From positions 1,025,252 through 1,089,251 of the forward strand of contig MFAS01000001.1 of NCBI GenBank assembly GCA_001774685.1: DNA of 64,000 bases, in the 5' to 3' direction. A model generated the notes under the pieces. It searched no databases and had not been told where the DNA came from. It saw only the letters and a list, made by a program, of their open reading frames with translations. A program made the position numbers and the translations under genes. The DNA comes from Candidatus Collierbacteria bacterium RIFOXYD2_FULL_45_13 (GTDB lineage Bacteria > Patescibacteriota > Microgenomatia > UBA1400 > MFAQ01). Below, in pieces: positions 60,869 to 64,000 of the stretch. Within the stretch, counting starts at the first letter, position 1, and each line of letters starts with the position of its first letter.

Positions 60869-61579
60869 CATGTATTCCCCCTATTACTAAGGGCATGGAC
60901 TATATCACCTTCCGATTCCTCGGAAGACCGACGTATTATGGAATAAATTCCATCTACTGATTTAGCAAATCAATAAGTCTCTACGGGGTTACAGATCTTG
61001 AATTTCTTCCAAATGGTGCTTTACCATTTGTGAGTCTACGGTTCTTTTTCTTGAATAATTTAGATTTCGGAATTCATCAATCAACTCTGCTACAGATATA
61101 AAATCCTGCTTTGTTTTGATTCCCTCCATCTTATCCAAGATCAATAGCATTAGTTGTGCTTGTTTCACTTTTAATATTAAAAACTTCATGACTTTAGAGA
61201 GCAATGCCCTGATCGATTTCTTATCAGAAACTATTAGCTCCACCATGCCGTCTTTTCGATATCTCAAATGACCCAAGTTTAATTTTTCATATATTTCCGG
61301 TAATCCTTTTTCTCCATTGTCTTTTTGATAAAAGACAACCGAGGGTGATATCTGAAAGTCATATTTATAAGTTGAGTTTTGCTTCAACTGGACATAAATA
61401 CTTCCATCAGCATCCAGAAAACCAGCGATATATGACCAAAAAATGCTTTTAACCATAGACAAAAAGATTTGAACTTCCCTCGGTATTATCCTAGCACACG
61501 ACAGATTGATTGTGTATTAGGACTTCACCGATATAAGTCAGTTTTGCAAATTGGATTACTCCAATGGGCCGCCAATTTG
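60869..61579 (-). mobile_element. Group I intron at 23S position 2593 (E. coli numbering) with a homing endonuclease
   Basis: Exons rejoin as AAACCGU^CGUAAGACAG; P1 with U-G (CCGUCA/UGGCGG); R CCGUAGAGACU; S GAUAUAGUC; terminal G. Confidence 0.92.
60989..61456 (-). CDS. Single-motif LAGLIDADG homing endonuclease (I-CreI-like)
   Basis: YIAGFLDADGSI, F.Q, L.LK.KQA; inside the L2593 intron. Confidence 0.93.
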   Translation of the reverse strand: MVKSIFWSYIAGFLDADGSIYVQLKQNSTYKYDFQISPSVVFYQKDNGEKGLPEIYEKLNLGHLRYRKDGMVELIVSDKKSIRALLSKVMKFLILKVKQAQLMLLILDKMEGIKTKQDFISVAELIDEFRNLNYSRKRTVDSQMVKHHLEEIQDL

Positions 61580-61623
61580 ACGGTTTGAACCCAGCTCACG
61601 TAGCGCTTTAATGGGCGAACAGA

Positions 61624-61658
<35 letters not shown>

Positions 61659-61668
61659 CTGAGCCGAC

Positions 61669-61963
61669 CAAAATATATATGAAATTACATATGTATTGTG
61701 CTCTCCAATCTATTACTAGTGGTTTGGACTATATCTTTCGTAAAAATAACTTTTTTTATTTCACTCGTTATTTTTTCTTATTGGCGTTTTATATCTTTTT
61801 CAAAAAAAGATATCTCATCTCATACCTAAACGGTACTTGAATCAGTCTCTACGGGGTCAATCCTTTCGGACGACTTCCCACGATGTTAACCTTAAGTGTT
61901 CATTTCAAGGCCTTCTTCGTTATAAGCCAAATTTATTTCCTCGACATGTTTGGGTCATTGTCT
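61669..61963 (-). mobile_element. Group I intron at 23S position 2504, no ORF
   Basis: Exons rejoin as CCUCGAU^GUCGGCUC; IGS GUCGAGG; R CCGUAGAGACU; S AAGAUAUAGUCC; terminal G. Confidence 0.88.
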
Positions 61964-62381
61964 ATCGAGGTAGCGAACCGCACCGTCGCTGTGGACGCTC
62001 AGGTGCGACTACTCTGTTATCCCCGGGGTAGCTTTTATCCGTTAAGCCCGGCACCTCCCACGAAGTGCACGAGGATCACTTAGACCTACTTTCGTATCTG
62101 ATCGACTTGTATGTCTCACAGTTAAGCACCCATATACCTATGCGCTTACACTCCGATTTCCATCCGGAGAAAGGGTACCTTTGTGCGCTTGCGTTACTCT
62201 TTAGCAAGCAACCTCCCCAGTTAAACTACCCACCAGACAGTGTTCCCTCCAAAGTTTGCATTTGGATTAGGTTAGAAACGTACGTCGCAAAGAGAGGTAT
62301 TTCATTGTCGCGCCCTCAATAAATTGAAAACGCTCCCTCCTATGCTAAACAGTTACAGCATACATTTCAGTGCCAAGTTGT

Positions 62382-62415
<34 letters not shown>

Positions 62416-62487
62416 CAGTAGGCCGCATCTTCACAGCCATTTCAAATTCGCCGAGTCTCTTCTCAAGACAGTTATAAAGTCGTTTCA

Positions 62488-62532
<45 letters not shown>

Positions 62533-64000
62533 ATAGAACAGTTATAGTTACTGCTGCCGTTCACCGGGGCTTCAATTGCAGGCTATCATTCTTGCGAATG
62601 GTCACCCACGCATTTAACCTTCCGGCACTGGGCAGGTTTCAGCCTGTATACCTAAGCTTTCGCTTTTGCACAGACCTGTGTTTTTGTTAAACAGCCGCTT
62701 TATACTCTTTTGTTGTAGCCCAGATTTCAACCTGGGCAAGGCATCTCGTAGAACTTACGCCTAGCTAATTTGCCGAGTTCCTTAAGAAGAGTTCTCTCGC
62801 TATCCTTGGTCTACTCGACCAGAGCACCTGTGTCGGTTTGTGGTACGGATTATTTGCACTCTCACTGCGACGCTTTTCTCGGAAACTGAAGTCATCCATC
62901 TTGCCCACCTTACGGCAGACTCGTATTCATAGCTCGTGTAAACGCCACTGCGGATTTGCCAACAGCGACTGACTTACTATTTAAGCGTATGTATCTTCAA
63001 CACACCGCTTGGACTATCCAACTTCGTCCCGCCCCAGTTAATAACGATTGCAAACAAGGACTGGAATATCAACCAGTAATCCATCGGCTACGCCATATAG
63101 GCCTCACCTAAGGGTCGCCTTACCCTACGTCGACGAACGTTGCGTAGGAAACCTTGCTCATTCGGATATAAAGATTCTCACTTTATTACGCTACTCATGC
63201 CGGCATTCTCACTTCTTGCTGCTCCAGAGAACCTTCCGGTTCGCCTTCAAAGCTACAAGAACGCTCCTCTACCAACCCGTATTGCTACGTGTTCCCAAAA
63301 TTCGGTAATATATTTAGCCTCGTTACGTCTTCAGTCGTGCATCTCTCGGCTAGTGAGCTGTTACGCTTTCTTTCAAGGATGGCTGCTTCTGAGCCGACCT
63401 CCTAGGTGTCTGAGAAATAACACGTCTTTTACCACTTAATATATATTTAGAGACCTTATTTGTGGGTCTGGGATGTTTCCCTTTCGCCCCCGGAGCTTAG
63501 CCCCCGGGTACTGACTCCCGCACAATTGATATGGGTATTCGGAGTTTGGTTGAAAATCACGATTTTATTCGTGAAGTTCATTCAGCACTCTACCCCCCAT
63601 ACCGTAAATGCGAGGCCATGCCAAAACATGTTTCGAGGAGAACCAGCTATCTCCAGGTTCGTTAGGCATATTACCTCTAACCACAAGTCATCCGATGATT
63701 TTGCGACATCAACCGGTTCGGGCTTCCAGTCAGATTTCTCTGACCTTCTCCCTGCTCATGGTTAGCTCACCTGGTTTCGGGTCTACACAACACAACTACA
63801 CGCCCTGTTAAGACTTGGTTTCCCTTCGGTTTCCCGGAACATATCGGTTAACCTTGCTGTGTTGAGTAACTCGCCGGCTCATTCTTCAATAGGCACGCCG
63901 TCACCCACGACTTATTAGGTCGGGGCTCCGACTGTTTGTTAGCAATCAGTTTCAGGATCTTTTAATAGGGCTACTCACCCTTCTTTTCACCTTTCCCTCG

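Overview
Bacterial chromosome segment, most likely from a Patescibacteria/CPR (Microgenomates-like) genome. This is inferred from the many ORFans, a sortase, 23S rRNA carrying group I introns and the strong C-over-G skew on the + strand. Contents in order: the 5' part of rho with structured non-coding DNA upstream; envelope genes (sortase, LysM-L,D-transpeptidase, GT2, a large GT-C-like membrane protein) interspersed with stand-alone ORFans; radA; a CaCA-type antiporter; a minus-strand operon of a 1501-aa surface fibre, a secreted-domain/c-subunit-like fusion lacking the ion-binding carboxylate, and atpA-atpG-atpD-atpC with no a, b or delta genes; a ~17-kb copper/thiol island (two P1B ATPases, two BlaI/M56 pairs, DsbA, DsbD-like/cupredoxin, CopZ) containing a RAYT transposase and its REP-like palindromes; an attenuator-controlled operon with an ArgRS-like paralog and a HIT protein; rpsA; a small cassette-like gene array; and 5S plus the 3' part of 23S rRNA with two group I introns (L2504, and L2593 with a LAGLIDADG endonuclease). 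The best candidate for an undescribed system is the fibre/c-like ring/F1-only ATPase operon. All calls come from motif reading by eye; no database searches were run.
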